A program made the position numbers and the translations under genes. 64,000 nt of DNA from positions 183,145 through 247,144 of the IMG/VR virus record IMGVR_UViG_3300043410_001892, one strand, 5' to 3'. Below, piece after piece: positions 7,477-16,234 of the stretch. The DNA is from a virus. Each line of letters starts with the position of its first letter. The first letter of the stretch is position 1. The notes beneath the pieces were generated by a model, which saw only the letters and a list, made by a program, of their open reading frames with translations, was not told the DNA's origin and did no database searches.

Positions 7477-9109
7477 TTTCTTCTAAGTTAGTTAATACTT
7501 CTATTTGTTTTTCGGTAAACTCTTCAGAATCAACATCATCTTCGTTATCACCGAAGTCAAAATATTTATTCAATATTGTTTGATGGTTATAAATTTTAAG
7601 TCCGGTATTTCCTCTAGTACCAGGAATTGTCATCCATAGTCTATCGTATTTTTCAATTATATCTAAAGATTCTTGTTTGTTCTTAGTTGCAAATATTGAA
7701 TCAATTAGATCACGTACAATAATTGTATCATGAACTTCTTTTATTAGCATATTTGGAAATACATTATTGTCGTATGCTTGATTTGCCTCTTGTACAGCAT
7801 TCACATGGCTCCAAACATTGTGACCCATTAAAATTGCATAACTAAAACTATCCCAACTTGTTCTACCAACTTTGTTAACTTTATTAACATCGCCAAGTGT
7901 AATCCAATACTTAGGATCATTTAAGTATTTAGGGTCTTTAAATAACGCTACATGGTCAATATTATCAGCATTGACTTCTGTCCAATTAGGAACACCTTGT
8001 TTATAAATGCAAATATCTTTAATTTCTACTTGATCAATAATTGGACTAGATTTAAATACATTAAAGATTTTATCTTGAATAACTGCATCTTTAAATAATC
8101 TAGTATCCGTTGAATATTTTTTATCATCAACGCTTGGAACCATTCGATAAACCCATTTAGATCTATCTGTTAGTTCAGTATTGATGTATACTTGTCCATT
8201 TGCTGTAGCTAAAAACGGACTAGCACAATCATAACTAATTGTAAAGTTAGGATTATGATATTTTCGTACTGCTCGTTGAATATCAGTTAGCAAACAAGCC
8301 CATTCGAGCTTGCTTGTTCCTAAAAAGTGCATCCAGTCTTGTTTTCCTTGTTCTAATAAACCGTCATGTATAATAGTAATAAGTCTTCTAAGAACTAAGG
8401 ATAAATCGCACATATTCTGACCACCCATTGCCCATCCATTAAATGCTTTATCGCCATAGATGTTAGGATCACAATATTTTTTCATACGATCATACCAATC
8501 ATTTGCATCATCGTGTGTTTCGCCTTGCAGTACATTAAGGAATTTACATTTACCAGTTCTATTTTGGATAAAGTATTCATTATTGATATCTGTACCTGCT
8601 ACTGCATCAGCATATGAGTTAACACCTGTTGCCTTACGCCCAGCCGGGCTACGTGCTACCCAAGCCGGAATATCAAGACACATGCCATAATCCATTAGCT
8701 CATCCATCCAACGCAATACTTGTTCACGTTTCTTTTGTGCTTTAGGACAATTAGGATTTTTCCAATCAGCTGGCCAGACACCTTTACCAATTTGGAATCC
8801 TCCTGAGTCGCCTAATACAAAACTTGTAGTTCTATCTCTGTTACGAAACATGTCTTCACTATCGTCAAACTTGTCTAAATCTAAGTTTGCATGTCCAGCT
8901 GAATACAAGCACCATTTATAATAAAATTGCCCTTTCTCTGGTTCCAAGTAGTTAAGACTTTCTACACCTGCAGAAAAAGATGCAGGAATTCTTGCTGGAT
9001 CTACATACTGATTATATCTCTGTTTTCCAATAAACGTAGCATAAAAGCCCGACGTTGCTGGTAGAAACACAGCGTAATCATTCTGTGTTGCTGTTAGGTT
9101 CCTGTTCAT
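7451..9109 (-). CDS. dpdA: DpdA-like DNA-guanine transglycosylase (TGT superfamily)
   Basis: VLGDSGGFQIGKG matches the TGT catalytic DSGGFQ block. 552-aa TGT-sized protein co-located with folE/queE. Confidence 0.65.
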   Translation of the reverse strand: MNRNLTATQNDYAVFLPATSGFYATFIGKQRYNQYVDPARIPASFSAGVESLNYLEPEKGQFYYKWCLYSAGHANLDLDKFDDSEDMFRNRDRTTSFVLGDSGGFQIGKGVWPADWKNPNCPKAQKKREQVLRWMDELMDYGMCLDIPAWVARSPAGRKATGVNSYADAVAGTDINNEYFIQNRTGKCKFLNVLQGETHDDANDWYDRMKKYCDPNIYGDKAFNGWAMGGQNMCDLSLVLRRLITIIHDGLLEQGKQDWMHFLGTSKLEWACLLTDIQRAVRKYHNPNFTISYDCASPFLATANGQVYINTELTDRSKWVYRMVPSVDDKKYSTDTRLFKDAVIQDKIFNVFKSSPIIDQVEIKDICIYKQGVPNWTEVNADNIDHVALFKDPKYLNDPKYWITLGDVNKVNKVGRTSWDSFSYAILMGHNVWSHVNAVQEANQAYDNNVFPNMLIKEVHDTIIVRDLIDSIFATKNKQESLDIIEKYDRLWMTIPGTRGNTGLKIYNHQTILNKYFDFGDNEDDVDSEEFTEKQIEVLTNLEESVKNDKTI

Positions 9110-9488
9110 CTTTTTCCTGTGTTAGTTTTTTAATTTCGTTTTCTAAAACTGTGATTTTGTTTTGTAATTCTTTTACAAGATAATGCTCTGTAACATTATT
9201 AGTACTTCTAGCATCAATTTGATTATTTAACCAAGTATTATAGATGTAATTTGTCGCCGGATTGCGCTGAAATTGTTCTAAGGTATAGATTTTTGACCTT
9301 ACTTCATCTATTTGCCATTTTATATTTTGAAAGTCGTTATAAAAACTCTCAAATGGTCCAAATGCGCCAGTTGTTTGATCTAAACTGGCTAATACTGCTA
9401 TTTTATTGTATGATTCTCTAATAGAATCATTATCAGAAGTATAAATTACATCTAATAGTTTTAATGCTTTTCTAAAATCAGTAATCAT
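9078..9488 (-). CDS. Hypothetical coiled-coil protein (136 aa)
   Basis: ORF overlapping the dpdA start by 32 nt. Charged C-terminus. Confidence 0.45.
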   Translation of the reverse strand: MITDFRKALKLLDVIYTSDNDSIRESYNKIAVLASLDQTTGAFGPFESFYNDFQNIKWQIDEVRSKIYTLEQFQRNPATNYIYNTWLNNQIDARSTNNVTEHYLVKELQNKITVLENEIKKLTQEKDEQEPNSNTE

Positions 9489-10225
9489 TTTGTTTGTGCA
9501 GGTAATGTATAAGTGTAAACTGAAACGCCACTTTCAACTACAATTTGAAGCATTCCCATATCTGATATTTTCATAGTAATATTGCCATCAAGATTTAAAA
9601 TACTTAATACTTGAGGAATTGACCATGCAAACGTATTTTTTAATCCAACTGGAACATTTGGTTGAAATACTAAAGAACCTGCATGTGAGTTTGCATCACC
9701 AAACTTAAATATAAGGTTGTTATTTTCTGTTGTTACTTGAAAGAACGTTTCTTCAGTATGTGCAGCAGCTTGAAACTTTAATTTTGTTATACTTGCTGAC
9801 GACGGAGTAAATTCAATGTCATATGATATCTGTACTTTATTTTTTGGTGTTTTTACTTTTTCTTCAATAATAGATCGATTCATAAATCGATAATGATTTT
9901 GAAAATCGCCTGATGCATTATTAAAGTGTAACCCAGTTGGAGTAGGTTCACCATCTCTTGCTTCTAATGTCAATGTAATAACTGCATCTTTTTTGTATTC
10001 TGGACATTTAAGATGTAGATCTAGTTTGTTTAAGTTTGGAAAACCAAATACAAACCCTTCATGTAGTCCGTATACTAGACCGTTTGTTTTACCACTCATA
10101 AGTACTGATCTATCTTCAGACTGTGATTCGACTTCAATATAGTCTGCATGGGTTGTAATTTTAGCTAAAGGTAAAAAACCTAATGAATTTGTATGTGCTA
10201 CAACGTCTTGTAAAAATGATTTCAT
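9485..10225 (-). CDS. Hypothetical protein (246 aa), possibly sliding-clamp-like
   Basis: Size and position next to the DNA polymerase are compatible with a gp45-like clamp. Similarity to T4 gp45 is not convincing by eye. Confidence 0.35.
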   Translation of the reverse strand: MKSFLQDVVAHTNSLGFLPLAKITTHADYIEVESQSEDRSVLMSGKTNGLVYGLHEGFVFGFPNLNKLDLHLKCPEYKKDAVITLTLEARDGEPTPTGLHFNNASGDFQNHYRFMNRSIIEEKVKTPKNKVQISYDIEFTPSSASITKLKFQAAAHTEETFFQVTTENNNLIFKFGDANSHAGSLVFQPNVPVGLKNTFAWSIPQVLSILNLDGNITMKISDMGMLQIVVESGVSVYTYTLPAQTK

Positions 10226-10244
10226 GTTATTCTCCTAGTGTTTT

Positions 10245-10273
10245 ATTATAATATAGTTTGTTCAGTAAGTCAA
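10245..10273 (-). promoter_or_regulatory. Sigma70-type early promoter (TTGACT-17-TATAAT)
   Basis: Reverse strand reads TTGACT tactgaacaaactatat TATAAT, followed by AGGAG and the ATG of the 9485-10225 gene. Confidence 0.55.
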
Positions 10274-10280
10274 GTTTATT

Positions 10281-12941
10281 TTAATCAAAGTCAAAAAATA
10301 AGTTAGATAAGTTTGTTTCAGAAGTTTCAATTAGTTTCCAGTTTAGTATACCAATTAAGTTGTCTAATTTATTATCAATGATAGTTTTTTCCATTTCTCT
10401 ATGATCAAATGGTAGATCTTTAAACCATTGTGGTAATCTTAGTTCATCTACCGGGTATGCAACACTTACATAACCTAATGGATTGGGTTTAAGTTTACAT
10501 ACAATTACTTTTGCACCATCAGTAATGCTCATAGAATACTTGTCACCGTTCATACGTTTTAAAGAATTCCAGTTTGCACTTGCTCTAACATGCCCAGGCA
10601 TATTAACTTTACCAATTTTTGCCTCTTTTTCAGTATATGAAGTAATGCTGTTAGCTCGTTTAGGTGATCCTTTTTCCCATCCTGGTCTTGATTTAAATAA
10701 GGTTCTAAACTCACTAATAAAGTTTAGCACAGATTGTTCTGATTCACCGTCTAGCACCTTAGTTAGTATATCAGATAAGAAGTCTTGGATAAATTCTGGA
10801 GTATCACTACGCTTTAAATCTAAACCCATAGCTTTAATTTCACCAGTTTTACCATGTGTATCCTTACGTTTACCTTCTTTGTCGTATACTAATACTGCAT
10901 ATCGCTTTTTAGTAATAAACAATGATTTACTTCCTACGATCTCACGACCAGCTTTAATTACTTCACCGCGTGTTTTAGGACAATGAAATGCATCTAACAT
11001 AAATTGTTGGAATGTATTATTCACTTGATCACTGATTTGATCATACAACTGTACAATAGTTTCTTTAGTCCATGGAATAGTTCCAGCATCAATATCTTTT
11101 TTCAATGTATTATATGCTGAAAAGTAACAAGAGTCAGTATCACCATATATAATAGCTTTGCCTAAATGATTATATTCACCTGTAATAATTTCATTTACCT
11201 TTGCAGCCATATGTTTAGCTACTTGTCTACCAGTTAGTGTAGTAGATTGACCAATACGCTTATCAAAGAATCTACAACCTGGATTAAGAATTGCACCGTA
11301 TAAACTATTTAGGTTAATCTTCTTAACTAGTTGTCGTTTATCCCAGTATTCTTCTTCAATTTTATTACCAGAAGCAATGGCTTCTTTCAGTTTCTTCTGC
11401 ATATCTTTACGTTCTGAATACCAACGTTTAAGTAGACCTGAAATAACACCTTCTTTTTCGTATGTAAATATAGTTCCATTGGCTGACATGACCCATGGTT
11501 GATTACTTTCAAACACTAGTCTATATACTTCTGCAGCACTCAATACATTACTATCGCCGTTTTCCCAGTCAACTACGATATCAGTACCTATTTCTTCATT
11601 CATTACTGAAGTATATTCAAGTGTACCAAATAATCCTTCCCATGCAGCAGCAAATGATTTACCTTTAGCTATTTGTAAGCTAATATATTCGTCAGTTGCT
11701 ATTGGTCTTAATTGTCCTACAATAGTTTCCGGACCCATATTTAATGCTCTAATAACACTAGGATATAGTGAATTGATATCAAGTGATCCAACCCAATCGT
11801 GAATACCTTCTTTTGGATATGCAACATACGCACCGGCAGCTTGAACTGCATCTTCTCTGCGTCTATTTGGAACAACAAAACCTCTATTATGTGCTTCGTT
11901 GATAATAGCTTGCTCTGTTACTGCAACTGCGCCCATGGTTGTTTGTAATAATACAGTATTTTCATGTGCAACAGTATTAGCCAAATCGATAAACTTTAGT
12001 TTTTTATCAAGACGATCTAATAGCATAGTATCTTGTCTGTTATATTCAATGAATGTTTTAAAATCATTGTTGTATAACTGATCAAGTGTACCTTCGTATT
12101 GTGTTTTTCTATCACCTAACTCGTATTCTGCAATAGCATCGAGTCTAAAACTATGTCGTTCTTCATATGTGTACTTTTGATATAGTTGTAAACTATCTAA
12201 ATGGATACGTCCAATAAGATCATATGTTACTGCAGTTTTGCCATAGCGTTCATATTCACGTCTTTTTGGAAATTGATCAAATAAACAGAATCTGCGGGTA
12301 TCATCTTTTGATAATACTTTAGTAACACGATTTACTGTATATGGAATATCAAACCCTTCGCTATTCCAACCACTTAAAATGTCAGCATCATCGATTAGTG
12401 TAAGAAACGTATCTAATAATTCTGCTTCAGTTTTAAATAAAAAAGTATTTGGGAACTCTTTTACTTGTTCAGTGGCTTCCTCCATGGTTAATGTCTTAGG
12501 AGGAATAGCTAAACAGATAAGAGTTTCCAACCATTGTAAGTGTACAGCAATTGAAGTGATTGGCATAAATGCATCATCAGGTGTTGCATAGCCACGTTCT
12601 GGGTCAAAATCAACCTCGATATCAAAAAACGCAACATTTAACTTAGGTGCGTCATGATTGAGGTAATTTTCAGATAAATGTGTGAAAATTGGATTGATAT
12701 CAGCTTCAAACGTTTTTGAATTTGCGTGTATAGAAAGTTCTTTTCTATACTCTTTTGTATTTTTACAGACAATACGTGATACTGGATCACCGTAAATTGA
12801 TTGATATCTACCTTTTGGGTCTTTATAATATAATGTGTGTTTAACAGGTGAATCTTTAAACTCTCTTTCACCTTTTTCATTTCTTTCTACAATTTTAATG
12901 ACATCGTTACTTCTATCAAAGTATGCATCTACATAACTCAT
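10281..12941 (-). CDS. Family B DNA polymerase (T4 gp43-like)
   Basis: Exo I FDIEVD, motif A DINSLYPS, KINLNSLYGA, motif C YGDTDS. N-terminus is collinear with T4 gp43 (IVERNEKGERE). Confidence 0.95.
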   Translation of the reverse strand: MSYVDAYFDRSNDVIKIVERNEKGEREFKDSPVKHTLYYKDPKGRYQSIYGDPVSRIVCKNTKEYRKELSIHANSKTFEADINPIFTHLSENYLNHDAPKLNVAFFDIEVDFDPERGYATPDDAFMPITSIAVHLQWLETLICLAIPPKTLTMEEATEQVKEFPNTFLFKTEAELLDTFLTLIDDADILSGWNSEGFDIPYTVNRVTKVLSKDDTRRFCLFDQFPKRREYERYGKTAVTYDLIGRIHLDSLQLYQKYTYEERHSFRLDAIAEYELGDRKTQYEGTLDQLYNNDFKTFIEYNRQDTMLLDRLDKKLKFIDLANTVAHENTVLLQTTMGAVAVTEQAIINEAHNRGFVVPNRRREDAVQAAGAYVAYPKEGIHDWVGSLDINSLYPSVIRALNMGPETIVGQLRPIATDEYISLQIAKGKSFAAAWEGLFGTLEYTSVMNEEIGTDIVVDWENGDSNVLSAAEVYRLVFESNQPWVMSANGTIFTYEKEGVISGLLKRWYSERKDMQKKLKEAIASGNKIEEEYWDKRQLVKKINLNSLYGAILNPGCRFFDKRIGQSTTLTGRQVAKHMAAKVNEIITGEYNHLGKAIIYGDTDSCYFSAYNTLKKDIDAGTIPWTKETIVQLYDQISDQVNNTFQQFMLDAFHCPKTRGEVIKAGREIVGSKSLFITKKRYAVLVYDKEGKRKDTHGKTGEIKAMGLDLKRSDTPEFIQDFLSDILTKVLDGESEQSVLNFISEFRTLFKSRPGWEKGSPKRANSITSYTEKEAKIGKVNMPGHVRASANWNSLKRMNGDKYSMSITDGAKVIVCKLKPNPLGYVSVAYPVDELRLPQWFKDLPFDHREMEKTIIDNKLDNLIGILNWKLIETSETNLSNLFFDFD

Positions 12942-13129
12942 GCTGCACCTCCGTTACGATTAATATCGCGGTTTGTTGCATGATTGTTAATCCATGTCAT
13001 AAATGATTCTTCGTCACGTATTTTAGCAACTTCTTCATGTGCGTGTACAACGATGCTGCATTCACATCTTGATGAGCATATTTCTGGACGGATACAATCC
13101 GCACAGGTACTAAATTTAAAGTCTTCCAT
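12938..13129 (-). CDS. Small Cys-rich protein (63 aa) translationally coupled to the DNA polymerase
   Basis: ATGA stop/start overlap with the polymerase gene. CxxC...C...C pattern. Confidence 0.4.
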   Translation of the reverse strand: MEDFKFSTCADCIRPEICSSRCECSIVVHAHEEVAKIRDEESFMTWINNHATNRDINRNGGAA

Positions 13130-13215
13130 ATTGTAAATCTCTGTGTATGTGATTTGTGGCTCACAAATACCCTTTTGCAGCTTATGGCCTGCCTACCATG
13201 TTCTATAATTTTTAT

Positions 13216-13470
13216 TTAGATTTTTTTAGTAACGTCTAAGATTGCTTCAATTTCTTCCCAATCTTCGTTATGATCTGCCCAGTTACCTTTATGTGCAATT
13301 TTAATAGCTTTATTGATAACTGCTGGTTTGATTTGTAACTCTTCTGCTACTGCTTTTACAGTATCTTTTAAGCCAGTTTGTAAATCTTCAACTTCTCTTA
13401 ATACTAATGAACCTTCATTGATTAGTTTTTCAAGTTTAGATTTTTCTTCTGGACCGTATGCTCTACTCAT
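13216..13470 (-). CDS. Hypothetical protein (84 aa)
   Basis: Preceded by a perfect sigma70 promoter and a hairpin terminator. Confidence 0.5.
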   Translation of the reverse strand: MSRAYGPEEKSKLEKLINEGSLVLREVEDLQTGLKDTVKAVAEELQIKPAVINKAIKIAHKGNWADHNEDWEEIEAILDVTKKI

Positions 13471-13500
13471 TGTTTTCTCCTTTGTTTAAATTATGTATAT

Positions 13501-13529
13501 ATTATAGTATCAGTTGTTCGTATTGTCAA
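13501..13529 (-). promoter_or_regulatory. Sigma70-type early promoter (TTGACA-17-TATAAT)
   Basis: Reverse strand reads TTGACA atacgaacaactgatac TATAAT, about 30 nt upstream of the ATG at 13470. Confidence 0.6.
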
Positions 13530-13540
13530 CTACTAATTAT

Positions 13541-13570
13541 AAAAAAAGGCAGTTTAACCTGCCTTTTTAT
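13541..13570. terminator. Bidirectional intrinsic terminator hairpin
   Basis: aaaaaaAGGCAGtttaacCTGCCTtttttatt: a 6-bp GC-rich stem flanked by an A-run and a T-run. Confidence 0.6.
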
Positions 13571-14518
13571 TTAATAGTTTCTTAATTCATTTGCCGTTTC
13601 TGGATCTTTTTCCATTTCTTGTTTAAGTGAATTTAATTGCTGTAATAAATTACGAATTTCTTCAACATCTGTTTGAGCCGGCGGAGGCGTAACTGGTGCA
13701 GCTGGCGGAGGTGTTCCCTGTGAAGCTGGCGGTGTTACTTGGTCTGCAGGTTTAGCACCTTGCCCTTTAGGCGGTTGATTATTTAACCCCCCTTGAATCT
13801 GATCAGTTCTGAGCGCATTACTGTCTGGTTGATCTTTTTCTTTTTTAGGATCTGGTTCAACTTTTGGAGTTACTGGTTCAACTTTTGGAGTTACTGGTTT
13901 AACTTTTGGAGTTACTGGTTCAACTTTAGCAGCAGTTAATTCGTCAAACTTAGATTGAAATGCTGGAGTCCAAATACCATCTTCAGGTATTCCTGCATTA
14001 TATTTAAGATTCAAAAGATGTTGTAACGCTTGAATACTACCGTCTGGTTTTGGTTTTGTCTTTTCATCTTTGTTTGGTTTTTCATTATTAGTTGGCTTTT
14101 CATTATTGTCTGTCTTAACTTTTCCTGTAAGTGCATCAAAATAATCTTTAGCCAGCCATCCGCTGCCAACTAATCCAGCAGCACCTATTCCTTTGCCAAG
14201 TGTTTGTCCAGTTTTGTTTACTGCAACATCTTCAGGTGATGGAACATCCCATGTTTTATGAGCAGCAGTTACTTTACCACTTGGATCTTTAACTTTTGGA
14301 ACTTTGATAGTTTTTCCAAGTGCTGATTGTTGTCCAAGACCTCTAATTAAGTTCCAAAATGGTCGATCAGCACCTTCAGACAAATATTCATTCTCAACTG
14401 TATTCATATGTTCTTGCAACAAAGATACAGGTGATTGAATTGGTTGTTCTTGATGATCAATTGCATCTAATTTTTGTCGTAAATTAGACATTGATTCCGC
14501 TATAGTAACTTGTTTCAT
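13571..14518 (-). CDS. Hypothetical Pro/Lys-rich protein with KVEPVTP tandem repeats
   Basis: 315-aa ORF containing repeated PKV(E/K)PVTP units and a proline-rich C-terminus. Confidence 0.55.
   Translation of the reverse strand: MKQVTIAESMSNLRQKLDAIDHQEQPIQSPVSLLQEHMNTVENEYLSEGADRPFWNLIRGLGQQSALGKTIKVPKVKDPSGKVTAAHKTWDVPSPEDVAVNKTGQTLGKGIGAAGLVGSGWLAKDYFDALTGKVKTDNNEKPTNNEKPNKDEKTKPKPDGSIQALQHLLNLKYNAGIPEDGIWTPAFQSKFDELTAAKVEPVTPKVKPVTPKVEPVTPKVEPDPKKEKDQPDSNALRTDQIQGGLNNQPPKGQGAKPADQVTPPASQGTPPPAAPVTPPPAQTDVEEIRNLLQQLNSLKQEMEKDPETANELRNY
13855..13930. repeat. 21-bp tandem repeat (~3.6 copies) inside CDS
   Basis: ggttcaacttttggagttact repeated head-to-tail. Confidence 0.8.
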
Positions 14519-15720
14519 TATTTTTGTGCTCCGTATTTTTGTAAGATATGTTGTCTAATTGCTTGTACTGTCTGCTCATTAAACTCACCATCTTCCGGAA
14601 TTTGATCACCGTACTGTTGATTTATCGCAGATTGGAACATTTGAACTTCTTGAGATGCTTGTTCAAGGTTTGAAGGTTGTGCATCTGCGCCAATTTCTGG
14701 GGTTTCAACACCGTATCCGCCACGCAATGCTGCTTGTCCGCCGTATGCTGCTGCACCGGCTGCTATTCCTTTTCCTAATCCTAAAAACTTACCAGGTCCT
14801 ACGATTGAACCAGCTACATTTCCGCCTGTGTATGCTCTGGGATAATTTTTATCAGCATTTTGAAAACGAGCTATTTCTGCAGGAACTTCATCTTTATACG
14901 ATGTTCCTTTTACAAGTGATTTTACACCTGCGTTAATATCTGGACCTAATCCAAACGTTGCACCATTATACGCACCAAGTCCGGCTGCCTTAGCAGCTTC
15001 CCAATCAAAGTCTTCATTCATACTAAGTACAATTGATTCTGCTAATGACGGTACATTTGGAGTAATTTTATTTTTTGCTATATTGTTCATTGAATCTGAT
15101 CCTAAACTTGGTGGCGGAGCCGGAGGAGCCGGAGGAGTTGAATAATTGTTAGGTGTATCTTGTCGACCATATACTGGTGCTTTATGAGCATCATAGTCTT
15201 GAAGAAAACTTAACGCCTCAGGCGGTAATTGAACTCCACGTTGTTGTAGATTAAGGATCTTATCTCTAATAGCTCTTTTTAATCTTACATATTCAGCTAG
15301 TCGATGCGTTCTTAAGTTTTGTTTCTCAGCTGCGGCTTGGCTTTGTGTAGTTAAATGAGCACCTGCAGCTTTATATACTCTATCATCATCAAACCAACCA
15401 GCTTGTGGTAGTTTAGCGTTTGGAGGAAGTAATCCGGCAGCTGAGAGTTTCTCAGCTGCTTCAAATGGTACTTCATCTTCATCATCGACATCAGTACTTC
15501 CATCGGCTTCGATGTAATTTCCTGTAACAGGATCCACTAGTCCTTCAAACCCATTTTGTTTAGCTAATTTTGCTATTATTGGATATCGTATACTATTGTC
15601 TTGTTCGTAGCCTGAGATATAGGCAACTAATGATGAAAGTGTTAAACCTTCAGATAACACGTCTAACTTGTTTAATAAATTTCTAAAATCCATTATCTTT
15701 TCCTTGACGTGGGGCACCAA
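14518..15720 (-). CDS. Hypothetical protein (400 aa) with Pro-rich and Gly-rich segments
   Basis: Long ORF with a PPAPPAPPP segment and a Gly/Ala-rich C-terminal half. Confidence 0.55.
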   Translation of the reverse strand: MVPHVKEKIMDFRNLLNKLDVLSEGLTLSSLVAYISGYEQDNSIRYPIIAKLAKQNGFEGLVDPVTGNYIEADGSTDVDDEDEVPFEAAEKLSAAGLLPPNAKLPQAGWFDDDRVYKAAGAHLTTQSQAAAEKQNLRTHRLAEYVRLKRAIRDKILNLQQRGVQLPPEALSFLQDYDAHKAPVYGRQDTPNNYSTPPAPPAPPPSLGSDSMNNIAKNKITPNVPSLAESIVLSMNEDFDWEAAKAAGLGAYNGATFGLGPDINAGVKSLVKGTSYKDEVPAEIARFQNADKNYPRAYTGGNVAGSIVGPGKFLGLGKGIAAGAAAYGGQAALRGGYGVETPEIGADAQPSNLEQASQEVQMFQSAINQQYGDQIPEDGEFNEQTVQAIRQHILQKYGAQK

Positions 15721-16234
15721 CTATTCTGTCATATTGGTGCATACTTAAAACTTTTCCAGTTGAACTTAACTTAATCAATCTTTCAGTAACATCGTGTAAG
15801 TCCATATCTGTTTGAGCATCTTCTCTTGCATACTCTAATAATCGAATTAGTAATGGTATATCCATTTTAACAATATCTGTTGGATTTTCTGTAGATTCAG
15901 TCGGTACAGCACTGTAACCAGGTATAGCATCTTCCATTACTTTAGCTGCAATCATTTGAGCATAACTTTTGAGTTCTGCTTTTTGAGCAAAAACTTGTTC
16001 TTCTTGTTCAGCAGATGCCTCAGCCATGTATTTTTTAAATAATGATGGCTTTGATGGTTTCTTTTCAATTGGTTCAGCATAGTGCTGCATTGCCATTTGT
16101 ACAGGCAATGCAACTTTATGCGGATTTGAACCTTCTGTAATGATAGACATGAATTTCTTCATATCGTTAGTATTTTCTACAGGAACAGACTCTTTAACTG
16201 AGTCCATTGCTTGTAGAATCTTTTTCATATCCAT
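15683..16234 (-). CDS. Hypothetical acidic protein (183 aa)
   Basis: ORF in the same co-directional block. No motifs. Confidence 0.5.
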   Translation of the reverse strand: MDMKKILQAMDSVKESVPVENTNDMKKFMSIITEGSNPHKVALPVQMAMQHYAEPIEKKPSKPSLFKKYMAEASAEQEEQVFAQKAELKSYAQMIAAKVMEDAIPGYSAVPTESTENPTDIVKMDIPLLIRLLEYAREDAQTDMDLHDVTERLIKLSSTGKVLSMHQYDRIVGAPRQGKDNGF

